Translations under genes and position numbers: made by a program
The notes under the pieces: model-generated
The model's database searches: none
Seen by the model: only the letters and a program-made list of their open reading frames with translations
What the model was told of the DNA's origin: nothing
Shown here: one piece after another, positions 13,701 to 26,900 of the stretch
Layout of the letters: the number at the start of each line of letters is the position of its first letter
Numbering within the stretch: the first letter of the stretch is position 1
Source: Balanoglossus misakiensis
Lineage: Eukaryota > Animalia > Hemichordata
Direction of reading: 5' to 3'
Length of the DNA: 64,000 nucleotides
Assembly (NCBI GenBank): GCA_040954595.2
Contig: CM082588.2
Location: forward strand, 7,153,847-7,217,846

Positions 13701-16700
13701 GATTGCATTTATTTGCTCCAGAGATCGACCATGCACACACACACGTACTGTATAAATAATCGAAAACGAAAATGATGTCAATGGTATAATGTATTTTGAT
13801 TTGGAACTTATTTCATTATTATGCCATTATTTGGTGATTTGGTCACTATTAAGTCATTATTTGACTATTATTATGCGACTAAGTGTCATGATTTCGGCAT
13901 GACATGATTTATATGAACTTATGCCTTTGCGCTGGGCTTGATAGTAGTTCTTCCGCGTGTTTAACAATAGATGACATTGACATTGACGCGAATTGTTTCG
14001 TCACTGGTATCACAGCATGCAGGCAAGTTCAAGGACGAAGATGGAGCGACCTCTGACTCGAAAAAAACACCAACAAAGTACGGAACAATGAACTTCCAAA
14101 ATACGTGGATGCCTTCACGTACATAAAGAGATGCAAAATACCGGAGATTGACGTCACATATCACGGTCAATTACACGGATAGTTTGTATCGCTACCGCGC
14201 CAGTTTTTTGCTAACCGTCCTTGTAACCTTACACGAGGTAACGAGTCGGAATGATAAAGTGAAAACGAAACCACAGGAAATCATTACCGGGTGAAACTGG
14301 AGTTTTAATAATAAGCCGTGTTTGTTTTTAATTAGGCATTAAACATATCAATGGTAACCCATGCGTGATCGTGTTGAGTCTAGGTCGGCGTAAGTTTATA
14401 CCGTCTATGACGTGGATCACGCGAATGGGACAATTTTATCATATTGTACATATGGATATTGCGGAGGGGTAATACCCTGGCCTGACCATTTCCTGTGTGT
14501 ATCTTAGCTCAGTGTGGCAGGGCTGTGCGTCTTGGCTTAGCCGTAAGACACATAGCCCATTCAGCTACCAAGCAGAGCTATATATATATCATGTATCCCT
14601 GTACTTTCGTCGCCCGATATGACGTCATGGACCGCGGATAAGGACCAGCCAAGTAGTGTGTACAATGACGTCATTCAGTTTGCTGTCCTGCTCTATACCC
14701 TAAGCAGCCATGTTGTTCAACTTTGATTCTAGGTCTGCGTTGTCATGCCAACCAATTTTCAGTATTTTATAGTTCATTGAAATATTTATAATTTAAAAAA
14801 GGAGCTATCCTGTTATCTCAAAATTTGATCGATTTATTTTATTACATGACGCGTGCAGGTGACAATAATAAATGTTTGTGAGGGACGTCCACGCACGTAC
14901 AATAAACTAGTTGGCATATGACTAGACTCGGTCGATATCATGGATGACCTAGTTTTCACTTAATTTATTCAGGACACTGTTTGCTGAGCACACACACAAA
15001 AAACGTGGCACTTGCACTAGTACAGATATGCCCCTCAATCAAACTTACAGCAGCAATCAGAGAGATGATTAGATTGGATGATATATAGGCACACTTCGCA
15101 GCGTCATGTAAACCTTCACTGAATTACTATTATATAGGTCTCTGTTTTGCTGTAGCCCAGTTTTCAAGCTCTGGCTAATAGACCGCATATTTCTATCTTC
15201 CCGCTGGGCTGCTATTAATCATTTCATTGTGTGCAAGGAGATACAGAACGTAAAACCAGTGGTAAACCCATGCTGCGACAGAAAAACAAGTGTAGTCGCG
15301 GAATTATGTTGTCCTCATGGTCGCGCGTTTCATCTGTAAGATGTATTAAATTTTGCTTTTAACATCAATTTTCTTTTCGCTTGTTCTGATTTTTTTTTAA
15401 AGTGTCGCTTCTGCATGACACAGAACATTGTCTTTAATACAAGAGTTACTAGTAAAGACTGGCGGATGTGCGTGCATGCGAACCGAGTCATCGACATCGT
15501 CGACGTCGCTTGCGGGATTCCCCGTTTTGCTAAACTAAACAATTCACACTGGGTCCTTGCCTTGAGTTAGCAATGACGTCATTGTTTAAACATGATAACA
15601 TATTACATAGTGCAGGGAACGATTTCTAAAACAGTTTCCCAAGTCGATTATTTGCGCACTTGCGACAAACTGCCAGACATTCGTTTAATTAACCGACACA
15701 GATTGACATTCCACGCCTAAATCCGCGTATCTAACTTGTTTACGCTTGTCTCGTTAAAGTATGTTCCGCACCCTTCGACACTCCTTGCAGGAAAACGAAA
15801 TTTTCGATTAATTCAAACCACAAAGTTCCTTGACCCAACAACACTTTCATTCAAATCGTCACCACTGACCGTAAACTACGGGACAAAGGGAATGCGGTCA
15901 AGTAAAAACCGCTTAATCTCTTCGGGCATGCGCATGCCCGACCGACCTTTTGACCCTGACATATTTGTACCTGAGGGGCGGTTTTGGCCAAGCCCAGTAG
16001 ATCACGTCCTCCAGCTCAGAGTCAGGGGCGGAAAAATTGTAGACTACATAAAAAGTATAATACGCAGCTTCAATACACAATTTTCAGACAGCAGACAATA
16101 CACGGTTGTGTGTGTGTTACGAAGGGGAATCCGTCAAATAGATTATCAATGACACGCGCCGATACCGTTAACTATATACGCGTTCCGTTTCAACTATTAA
16201 ATTCATTCCGATTAACGTTCATGTCTTCAAACAGATGTCAAATTTCCTCGCGTTATCGCAGATTGCCCCAAGCCTGTCCTACAATAGTCTGTGTTATCGA
16301 CTTAAACACGTTTTATGCAAACATCACGCCTCATTATAATTTTTCTCTCTCCAAAATGGCGACGTGCAGCAAGCAACGCACGATTGCCGAGTCGTTCGTC
16401 TCGATGAAATATAAATGGTCGAGAAAGTCTTCCAAATTACTGGAGACATTGACTATATATAGTCAGTTTATCAGTGGTGTCCCAGACTATGTGGTCCGCA
16501 GCAATTAAACACAATGATCAAGCCTATACCGTTTATTAGTAAAGTCCTGGCGAACCAGTTCATCCTGATGTGTATTTTAACCAATGATTATTTCCGTCGT
16601 TAACTAATAACTACGCGCATAGCGAGCGAGCCGGAATGGACCTGAAAATTGAACCCAGGCGCTAGCAAGCGACATAGGAGACGCTATTTTTATGCGCGTT

Positions 16701-17361
16701 CTATATTTGCGTAACACAGAAGCCTTTCTTATCATAATGGTCGGTAAATGGCAAACGCGTTCGTTGGGCTCCATGCGTCCAAAAATGCGCATAGCAGACC
16801 CGAGCCTTCGTCGTCAGTTTGGACACAGCGTACACAGTTCAATAGAGTTTGTTCGGTGTTTATGTCACCGAGTGGGTACCTCGAGTCGCTTAGGTATGCA
16901 GGTATTCAAGACAGAGGGGCGAATTTGATGTCAGTATTTCTATAAAAGGCCGTGTGCTAGCTGGCCGTGTCATTCAAAACACACCGCTCTCTATACAACA
17001 CCTATTTAATGGGTGCGGCCAGCCTCGAATAAATACTCAATGACTGTAAGCCCTAAGCGTGGTTGCCGGTACACGTTATACAGTCAGATCAGAGTGTTAA
17101 ACCGTCTCCACACGTTCGTAGTCAGAAAAAAAAAATCGCAAACAGTTCCATATGAAATTCGAGTCACAGCGGTCTTAACACGCACGCTTTGAACTGTATA
17201 GTGTAGGGCTGGCCTATAATACAGGTATAAAGCCCCCATCACATATAATACTGAAATTCAGCTGAAAAGATTATCGGAAATTATTGCCTGTGTCACAAAC
17301 ATTAATCGGAACAAGTTCCCCATACCTTCACGAAAAGCTCAATGTCCGTTTGGTCCGACAT
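10755..17361 (-). CDS. CLIC/DHAR-like GST-fold protein, copy 2 (226 aa, CPFS active site)
   Basis: Exons 17361-17326, 13667-13366, 12837-12648, 10907-10755. Same intron positions and phases as copy 1. MSDQTDIELFVKASSTDGRSLGDCPFSHRIQM...ISPAGKVPVL...LPKLYHLKVA...IIDGWADHLGVPVKRRR*. Confidence 0.9.
11769..12210. mobile_element. Palindromic non-autonomous element in copy-2 intron 3
   Basis: Perfect 32-bp arms at 11822-11853 and 11869-11900 around gaggccgtaggccga, extending imperfectly to ~11769-11961. A second inverted pair (ataaacctcatgctaa ... ttagcatgaggtatat) spans ~11965-12210. Confidence 0.6.
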
Positions 17362-19272
17362 ATTGGTCAAATTTCCACAGTTGGCAGTTTAGCGTGCGCG
17401 TCGTCCGTTGGCGTTCAGCGTTAATGCAGCGAAACGCATCACTTCATTCGGAAGGCCACCCAGCCTCGTTTTCGGCCACCCCTTATGAATAATTCCTTTC
17501 ACTTATTTCAAAATGGCGGAAACACTGGCAAACACATGTCAGTCATGACACACATACCAGTCGAGTGTGTCGGTCTCGCCCCCTTTCATGAATCTTTATC
17601 GTAATTTAAACATATGGCGGCAAATTATTGACACATATGGAGAACTTGTAAACGAATATTCGTATTAAACTAGACAAAATTTAACTATAGACATGCCATG
17701 ATTTAGGATTGGCCCTAACAACCGGCTTGGCAGTTCCGTTCCACATAAAACGGGAATTGAATAACGAGTCGTGGAAAGAAATATGTCTTGTTCACTTGCG
17801 TGCAAAGTTTCATAGGAAACCAAGCTTTGGTGTTTAGACACAATAGAATCGGAAGTTCATAATTATAAGTTTCGAAACCCGATAATTGTTGAAGTAATGT
17901 CTGGCAATTTTCCGGATTCAACTATCGGATGCGCATTTGAAATATTAGGCTACCTGACAAAAACTACGTAATAATACAAGGTGATTTTCACTCTATTTTG
18001 GCTGCAACTTTTTCTCTCGTCTGTACAATTTTATGCATTAGAGTACCAGTATACGCGGCTGACTAAGCAGTTCAATTGATATGGGCATATGGGCATACAC
18101 AGGCTACAATTATATGGAGTACCTCGGGGCTCTGTTATATGATCTTTACAGTTTGCAGCAGTCAACACTTCAACACTCAGACAGCTTAGCCGCAGTTTCG
18201 TCAATTTCGCTGACGATAATCAACGTCTGCTTGTCTCTAAAATCCACTATAACCTCCGCAATATTTTCTATTACAGGAGTTCTCAATCAAAGATATTGTG
18301 ATATAAAAAAGAAAATAAATCATGTTAATTTGTTCCCAATATAATCGTTTGCCGTCGCCTCTCACCAACATCAACATCTGTTCAAGCGTTATCGAAACTT
18401 CATCATCTTCAAGAAACATTGATGGCATTTTCTTCTCCGCAGAATTAAATGAATCAGAATATTCTTGTCACAGGACAGCCGTGACAGCCATACGTGTTTA
18501 TGTTGTATATCTTCAAACATTATTGCCATATGCTTTTATTATATGACCGTTGTCTGCAGTTCTTACAACGTGTTCAAATCACAACAGCTGGAACTGTTAT
18601 ACGAACTAAGAAATCACGGCGGTCGGGTCACATGACCTATTTTTAGTAACTTTCTTGATATTCAATACCTCATCGTATTCGGTGTTCAGACATTCGCTCA
18701 TCACATGCAAAGTCATAAATGGACTCTCCTCATTATAGAACACGCAGTAAATTAATTTTATTCAACTGCAACCGATGGTCAATGGCAAGATATTGTGATA
18801 CAAAGACATAACAAATACATCAGCATGTCGTCAGGCAAAATAATGGCATCTTAAAGGGGTTAGTACGTTAACTATAGGTGCGACAAGTTACCCTAGATAA
18901 ATTAGTGTGGATCATTGCACGTTCACTGCCCGAGACAGAATCCTTGTGGCAGTTGCAACAGTGAGGCAAATGTGACTGCGGATATAGAACGGCCTATGTA
19001 CGTAGTATATATAAAAACAGAAAAAGTTCTGCATCTGACTATATATAGTTTTTGTGTATTGATATACTGCAGAGGCCGTCCGATATCAGCATCCACGGGC
19101 ACCTGTGTGCAGTGAGGGATAAACTATGTATCTTGAAGAATTGTGATTCAGGGTTATGGTCGTTTATAGGGGGGGGGGGCAATGGCCGAAATGCTCAAGT
19201 GGACGTACTAGCAGTCTAGTAGCGAGTGAAGCTGTGACAAAATACGGCTAGATACTAGACTAGTGGACTCGA

Positions 19273-21820
19273 CTATTTCATGTGCATGGACCATCCATAG
19301 ATAACTTCTTCGCCCGGGTACTCGCTGGCTTTGAAGACATCTGTGGCAAAAGCGGTATCCATGTACTTCTTGAGAGCTTCGCATTCAGCTGGTATCTCGA
19401 AATTCTGAAGAGCAAAATAAACAGACAAATTGCTCTACCTGGCGAAAATAAGTAGCTTGGCGTCGGTAAAGATCAGTGAACAGGCAAACAGTCGCAGATA
19501 TATATCGGTCATAAAATATAGCTCAGTGCTTTCGCAATTCGTGCTACAGGAAGCTTACAGTTCGATATTCACTTGTTATTTGCCTTTGTTTGTTTGTTTG
19601 TTTGTTTATGAATACATACATACATGGAAGAAATAAAAGTTAAAAGTTAAAATGTTTGTTTGCTTGCGAATGAAGCTATTTATCGGACAGCAAGACCTTG
19701 GCGGGCGAAGATACATAGCATATGCGACTGTGTATCCAACCACAACGTACAGCCGGCCCTACCAGGCACAGCCAAAGCCAACGAAAAATTTGAACGAGAA
19801 AGGCCAGTCCTGGCCAAGCGCATATAACAAAGCACAATTTTTCCTAGAATGGATTCTTTGCTTTGGGACCAAATGGTACAGGCGATTACCTTGTAATGTT
19901 TCCCGGCTATTTTGATGTGATAGAGTTTCGGCAGAATGCTGCAGTCGGGATGTTTCAGTGTGTCGCCCTCTACAAACTTCCCGGGCGACTTGGCCAGAAA
20001 GTCGTTGATTTTCTTGAGTTCTTCCACCAATGGCGCCTTCAGACTCTCATCCTTGCTGCTGTCTTTGTTCTTCACGAAACTGGATTCAATCGAGAGAGAA
20101 AAGCATTAAATTAACTATCTTGTCCTGATGACTTTTAACGGTTATTAGACATCACGAATCACAACAAAACGCGAAATGCGTAATACTAGTAGCCAGCTTT
20201 GTTATAAACTCACACGAAGTACGTAAGTTATACTTGCTGCCACAGAGGGCGCTTTTACCGCAGATGGCTCTTTTTAGAGTAATCCTTGATGCAAGTGACA
20301 AAACCATGGCATGAACTTCGTCATCGTCCGATTTGCACCGAATTTTAACAGAATTAAATATAGTTTATCGGAAACGAAGTACCAGAAGTGAGGAACTTGC
20401 AATTGTTCACTATATTAGGGTAGTCATACGCAAATTTAGCTGCAGTTACCATGGCAAATTGAGATAAAGACAATTACAGATTTTTAGTGGGTAGCACACG
20501 CGAAAAACAGAGCGCCACCAGATGCTCTTTAAAGCACTCAAATACTAAATTTCAGCCATATATGGGCTTATGTAAATTGGAGGTGACCGTATACGTTTTA
20601 GTTGCCACAGGCTACTACCCGACATGTGCAAGGACCCATTGGAACACCGAATGAGGCCGCGAATGAAAGCAGACCACTACAAGTACAACTTACGGGATGA
20701 ACTTCGGATACAGATTGGCGTCAATTTTACACGCTTCGTCGGATGCCTTCATGGCTGGCTCTGGGTGATCCTTCTCCATCCGTTCACCGATGATGGCCGA
20801 GTCGCCGACAACTTCGTCGCCGATTTTCAAAACTGGCACCGTGCCTTTGGAGTACATATCCAAGAACCACTGCGGCTTGTCGTAAGTGTTCACAGTGGTG
20901 ATCTTGAAGTCTAAACCTTTGACGCGTAGAGTCAAATTGGCTCGGTGAGAAAATGGACAGTCACCAAGACTTTTGCCATCTTTGCCTGCCTGTATTAAAA
21001 GAATAACGTAAAGGTTAAAGACATTTTCAAATGTATTTAATTATATAAATATTGAGATTATAATATTATCAAAATGAGCTTCTTTGAAGGAGAAAGTGGT
21101 TCCGTCGTCGTCATCATGATCATGATCATCATGATCATGATCATCATCATCATCATCACCATGATCATCATCATCATCATCATCATCACTGATCATCATC
21201 ACCACCACCACCACCACCATCACCAAATTGCCCCCCCCCCAAGAAGACTATTCCCCGTATTTTGGCTTTTTGCTTGCCTACCCCCGATCATAATAACTGA
21301 GCTCTCCCTTAAATTTCTAACTGCGTGAAAACACGGCTTGAGTTGTAGGACCCTCAGTACTTTGCGCACTTTTGTATTTCTGGTATATTTCATGGTCGAC
21401 AAACTTACATAATTTTACTTTTCAGCTATAGGACATGAATGTTCAATGGAGTATGGAGGGGTATCAACCAACCACATAATAAGTTTGACCTTGAAATGTC
21501 GGCTGGTCAATACGTGTCACTGCAGTCCATGCCTCTCCCTTCGCTTCTCATGCGCGTAGACCTTCCAAACGAGCCTTCGAAACTATTTCAAAGACCATAT
21601 CCTATTTCATGGGCGATAGTGGTAGCACTATTTTCTATTTATGCCCACAATACTTGTGCGGCTTATCCAGGCTAGCCATGGAGCGACTTGTTCAACCCCG
21701 TTGACACTGACATGACACAGCGAATATTTTCTCTACAAACACTACATAGAATTCGTTGTCTGAAGGTGTCCGAAACGACGCATACACATGACCTACCTTG
21801 ACGAATAGTTCTAACGCCAT
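19273..21820 (-). CDS. CLIC/DHAR-like GST-fold protein, copy 3 (213 aa, CPFS; most DHAR-like)
   Basis: Exons 21820-21797, 20989-20694, 20079-19890, 19404-19273. MALELFVKAGKDGKSLGDCPFSHRANLTL...DKPQWFLD...GTVPVLKIGD...LPKLYHIKIAGKHYKNFEIP...VIYGWSMHMK*. Confidence 0.9.
21110..21223. repeat. (CAT)n/(CATGAT)n/(CAC)n microsatellite, intronic
   Basis: Directly visible. Confidence 0.95.
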
Positions 21821-23514
21821 TTTGCTTATCTCAGGTAATCTTCTGACGAAATTGGCCAGAGTCGAAACCAAGGGTGTGCTTGCTCGACTGCGTGGTAAGC
21901 GTCACTCTCCCACGACAAAGACAATACGCAAAACCAACAACCGTGTTTACGTAACGGTATTCTAATATCAATTGTTGACAATGGTTGTGTCTCAACCTGT
22001 TTGGCATACAGCTTTTAGAAGCTAATCGTTTGATTCTTCATATTTATTCTCGACTTCTGTGTTTGCGGTAGCCACGCGCCAACGCTGGTACAAATACCAG
22101 TAAACGTCTTCAATGAAAAGTTGTTGATGACGGACAACGGATATATTTCAGTTTTACCAAACAAGATTATCAAGAGCATTTCCTAAAAGTTTTTACAGTG
22201 TAGCCACGCAGGCGTTGTCATGTCACCTGTTAAAACACAAAGCCCAATTGGCTAATTACTTAGTTTAGTTTTATCAGTTTAGTTTTTATGGATACAATGG
22301 ATCTGCCAATCAGAACACATTCATTCAGCTAATTAGCATCACAGAAACTGCGCTATCCCATAATTCTTTAGGCACCCTCGTCATAGTCACTAATCTGAGG
22401 CATAGCTCCTCTTTCCATTTTGTATTTTGGCAGAATTCTTAGTCAATTATGTTTGGTGTCAAGATCATGATTTACCCCGTGATCTAACATGTAAGAAAGT
22501 ACAACTACAGCACAGAGATTCAATTAATTCATATTATGTTTTTAATATAAATTAGTGGACCAACCTGGGCCCAAACAGTGAATAGAAATATTGAGTTTTG
22601 TAAGTATACTTTTTTTGCAGGAAAGTGCAACTTTTCAGTTGCATAAACCCAACATTTCAGCAGTTTTCGTATTACAATACATCTGTTATAATTTGCTAGT
22701 CAGAAGTTTGACTAAAATTTCAATAAAATCTGTCAAGATATGTTGAAAAGCTTTCCTATTTCTTTGATCTGGGCATGTTATTATCACACAGGGCCCTTTG
22801 CCTCATTCACGGACACTGTGACAGTGTTAATCTCAAACTGTGGCCTTCTCTGTTTTCTTGATGAATGGATTTCCACTGAAGTAAAGAAGAGGGGCTTTTT
22901 GCTTCTCCTTGTGGATCAATGGAGTTTCTCTCGGCCAATACAATGAGCGCTTGTTCTGATGACCTTTGACCCAATTCCGAGGTCAAATCTGCATCCAGTC
23001 CTTACCACACAAAATCATGTAGCCAGTATCATCAATTCTGCAACAGTGCACAGCCTACTAGTATTGAGTGGTTGGACGAACAGACCCATAGCAACATATA
23101 TAATCATTGGCTCAATTAGATGATCTCTCTGTTTAAAAATATTTAATTTATTTGCTACAAAATATGTACATTGTACATGCCATGGTACCATTGACATTGA
23201 GTAAAATATTTCTTTCTGAATGCCCAAGAGTTTGTATTACTAGTAACACTGAACGGACACGAGCCCAGATATGGCATTGCAGACTTGAGCAGCGCCCTCT
23301 ATGGCCAGATGTAGTACGCAGGCTGCAGTTGCAAGACTGTTATTCTGGATATGGTCACCTTTATCTATGAAGAACAAATAATTCTGAAAGATTTCCAATA
23401 AATGTAACGACGTAATACATTCCAAAGAAATCACACAGCCACCACAAATTGATTTCAAACTGTCAAATAAATTTAATCCTTCCGATTTCTTCTAAGACTT
23501 GATGGCATTGTTCT

Positions 23515-23916
23515 TCATAATACGTTTGAACGTTTTGATATCAGTTTCTGCCACTGTTGGATGATGACTTGGTCGAGCCTCAAACACTGGGATTCCATAT
23601 CAGGCAAATATTTAGCTTCTTCAGATCTGAAATCAAACCAGCAAAATATTTAAAGTTCCATACAGCACTTGGCTAACTGCTCATTCTATATGTCATGAAT
23701 TGTACCCAAATCTTGCGTTTTGCTTGATCAAAAGTTTTATTCTTACCTGAGGAAAGTTTCCTTTTTCTTGAGAAGATGACCAATCTGCATACTATCCATC
23801 TTTGTATCAATCTGTCTAAAATGCAACCAATTTGTAACAGCTTGTTGCAGTCTGCCAAGTTGTAGCAACAACAGTGTGTGGTTGTATACTGCGTCCTGAT
23901 TGTCTAGATTCAGAAA

Positions 23917-23963
<47 letters not shown>

Positions 23964-26900
23964 AATTGTTAAACATACATGTACAAACAACATTTGTTAT
24001 CTATTGAGTGGAGTGAACAGCAGAATTAATTCACAGACACACTTTGCATGATAGTTTACGACAGCTTGTTGTCACATAAATTTGAGCTGGATATCTCAAA
24101 GCTTTAACATTGAGAAAACTGTTATTTAAATTGCTTGTCACATGATAGTTGTGTAAACAATGGTCACAGTGAGGTAACCAAAATGTTCCCCTACATCTAA
24201 GCTTTCAGAAAATATATACATTTAGGGGATTCTGAGCTCAATAATGACCAGAGAAATGTTTATTCCAAAGAGAGAATTTCTTATTCTGGAACCTTAAATA
24301 CATCATAAGAATAATACTGACCTTTATTGCACTGAATACTTAATAGAAGTATTTTCAGAGCTTCTTGAAGTTTTCCACAGCTGATTAGAATCATAGCTTT
24401 GTTGTTATAAGCCATGGACTTTATGCATAGTAGATGTGGCACTGAATTCTTGTTGGTTAGTTCAGTCACCTTGTCTCCATCTGAAATATAATCATTTGAT
24501 AATCACTGCGTTGGTATACATTAGATTGTTCAATTTTTGGTCCATCCTATTGTTTCCATGGTATTTGGTGAACTTGTGCATGGTGTTTTATTTCAGATGT
24601 TAAATATCAGACAGTCATACCCGGGGCACTTAATCCAACTAACAGTTTAGTCTGGTTGATTGTGAGCAAGATGCACTAGTTGAAGAGTATTGCGTAGCAG
24701 ACGCACATAATAGGTTGTATGACCAAATTTTTAAAGAATTCTGCAATTTTATACAGCAATAGAACTTTTTTTAAATGTCATTTGCACATATAGTCAAACC
24801 TGTGTTAGTGGCCACCTCTGTAGAGTGGCCATGTTGATACAGTCTCTTTACAATTTATCTGTGTATTATTAATAGTCTATAATTTCAATGGCAATCTTAA
24901 CCTGAATTGAGTCGTCTTCTTTTGTAATCCTTGCTGTCTGTTGTCTGTGTGTCTTCATCCTCACCCGTCACATCAGAGAGTATCTGGCACACATCATCCA
25001 AGCATCTCAGAGCGTCGTCGACCTCCTCCATCTTCACAAACGCTTCGGCCCGCATCATCAAAACCGACGCGACGTTCGCTAACCTCGCCTCCTCCTCGCC
25101 CGGCGTCGCCGCGTCGTCGCTTCTGAAGCGTTTCCTTGACGACTGGCTCAAGCTCAGACTGCCATCGGAATCTTGGGTCACTCCATCACGGACGTTCGGA
25201 AGTAGAGTGTCGTCGGGCATGGACTGTACCAACAGTTCAGAGTCCGACCCTTCGATCTGGCTAATAACATTCAGTTTGTTGTCATCCCTGTATGTCACTT
25301 TGGACAGAATCTGATCAGCTACAACAACAGCATCGCTCTCTTTCTCACTCAGAAGCAATGCAGACACTGTTTCACTGTAAATTGTTGTAATATCTGGAAG
25401 ATTCACTTCTCCTTTTAATCCGGGATAAATCTGAAAATTAAAAGAATCAACTGATGCTTAAGGAAATCTTATTTAAATTCTTCTAAGATGTGACAGAAAA
25501 TTTATGATGCATATTGAAGTTTAATGGGATTCACGCAAGTTCAACTCATCATCTTTTACTAGACTGTAAGGTACAGTTGTTTTAAAGGGACAAAGTCTCC
25601 CTCTCGCTGCCCTGTTCCCATTATAATTATGTTTGGTACAAGACACCGTTTATGTTATTCTACATGTGGATATACAGTGAATGAACGTTCGACCACACAC
25701 AACTTCCATCCCGTCTGTAGGATATGAGAGTAAAAATCTCGCCAAAATGGATAAACGGTAGAGACTGATTATTTATGACTCTTTAAGGGCACTCCATACT
25801 GCCAGCGCCCTCAAGTGGCAGTATCTTGCAGTCTACATTTTTACCTGTATAACAGCACTGTCCATGATAAAGGCCATTAAGTCAAGGTACCTCTGCGATG
25901 CTACATCATAACTGAAAGACAAAAAGATAATGTTCACATGCTCGAGTTGTGAAATATCATTTATGTTTTAATCACAGACAATCTGATGTATATAACGCGT
26001 ACATGTATAGGCCATTTTCATGACCCCTACATGATCTCAAGCTTCTGTCAGTATGAATCCATCAGTCTGATCAAAAACTCTACAAAACTCTAGTCAATGA
26101 ATTGTGTACTGAATTACCAAGAAACTGTTTTTCAAGCAATATTTTCACACATTTCACGTAAAATGTTGAATTTTGACAACCCCATACCAACAGAAGTACA
26201 AGGCTGTAGGGGTCATGAAAATTACCTATTGGTGTATGTGTGTGTGTGTCACCATAGAACTACATGAAGTCTACATACCGTTGTAGATCTAGGCATCTTC
26301 GGGCCATGATATACAAGAGGGTGGCTCTCTTCAATTGGCCGGTTGATTTTGATAATTTCACTGAATAGTATTCCCCACACAAAGACCTGTCGTCCAGAAC
26401 CATCACTAAATCTTGCTTTCTGTCTCTGGCATTGTGGGTCTTCATGTTTTCCAGTGTCTTTACGGAATAGAATTCAAGAACAATATATTACTTCAATAAC
26501 AGTTATGAGCCAAGATGCACTGTCTGAATAGAACGACCTGCAGGAAATGTTAATTGCGTTGGAAATTTGTCTCTTAGCAGTGTCCAGTTGAAGAAAATGT
26601 TTATTGTATAGGTACATTGTAGTGGACCGAGTGAATCATTTGTTTAGCGCTATATGTATCACAGACTCAAGGGTTACAACACTGCACATGATCAAATCTT
26701 TCTACACTGTTATCAAATATTTCACCAAACAAAGGGCCAAACAACTTGTCTAGAGTTTTGATATATTTATACACACAACTGCAGAAGTGTTTGTCGTAAT
26801 CAAGTATGAGTAAATTTACTATCATTTCAAAAAGACAAAGAACTTCTTAGTGTACACATATTTCACACTGGACTGAACTTTTTCTCATGTCAAATTCTTA

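Noticed and set aside
15736-16945. Overlapping 65-174-aa ORFs in copy-2 intron 1
   Set aside because: No recognisable motifs or splice support; likely chance ORFs in regulatory or repeat-derived DNA.
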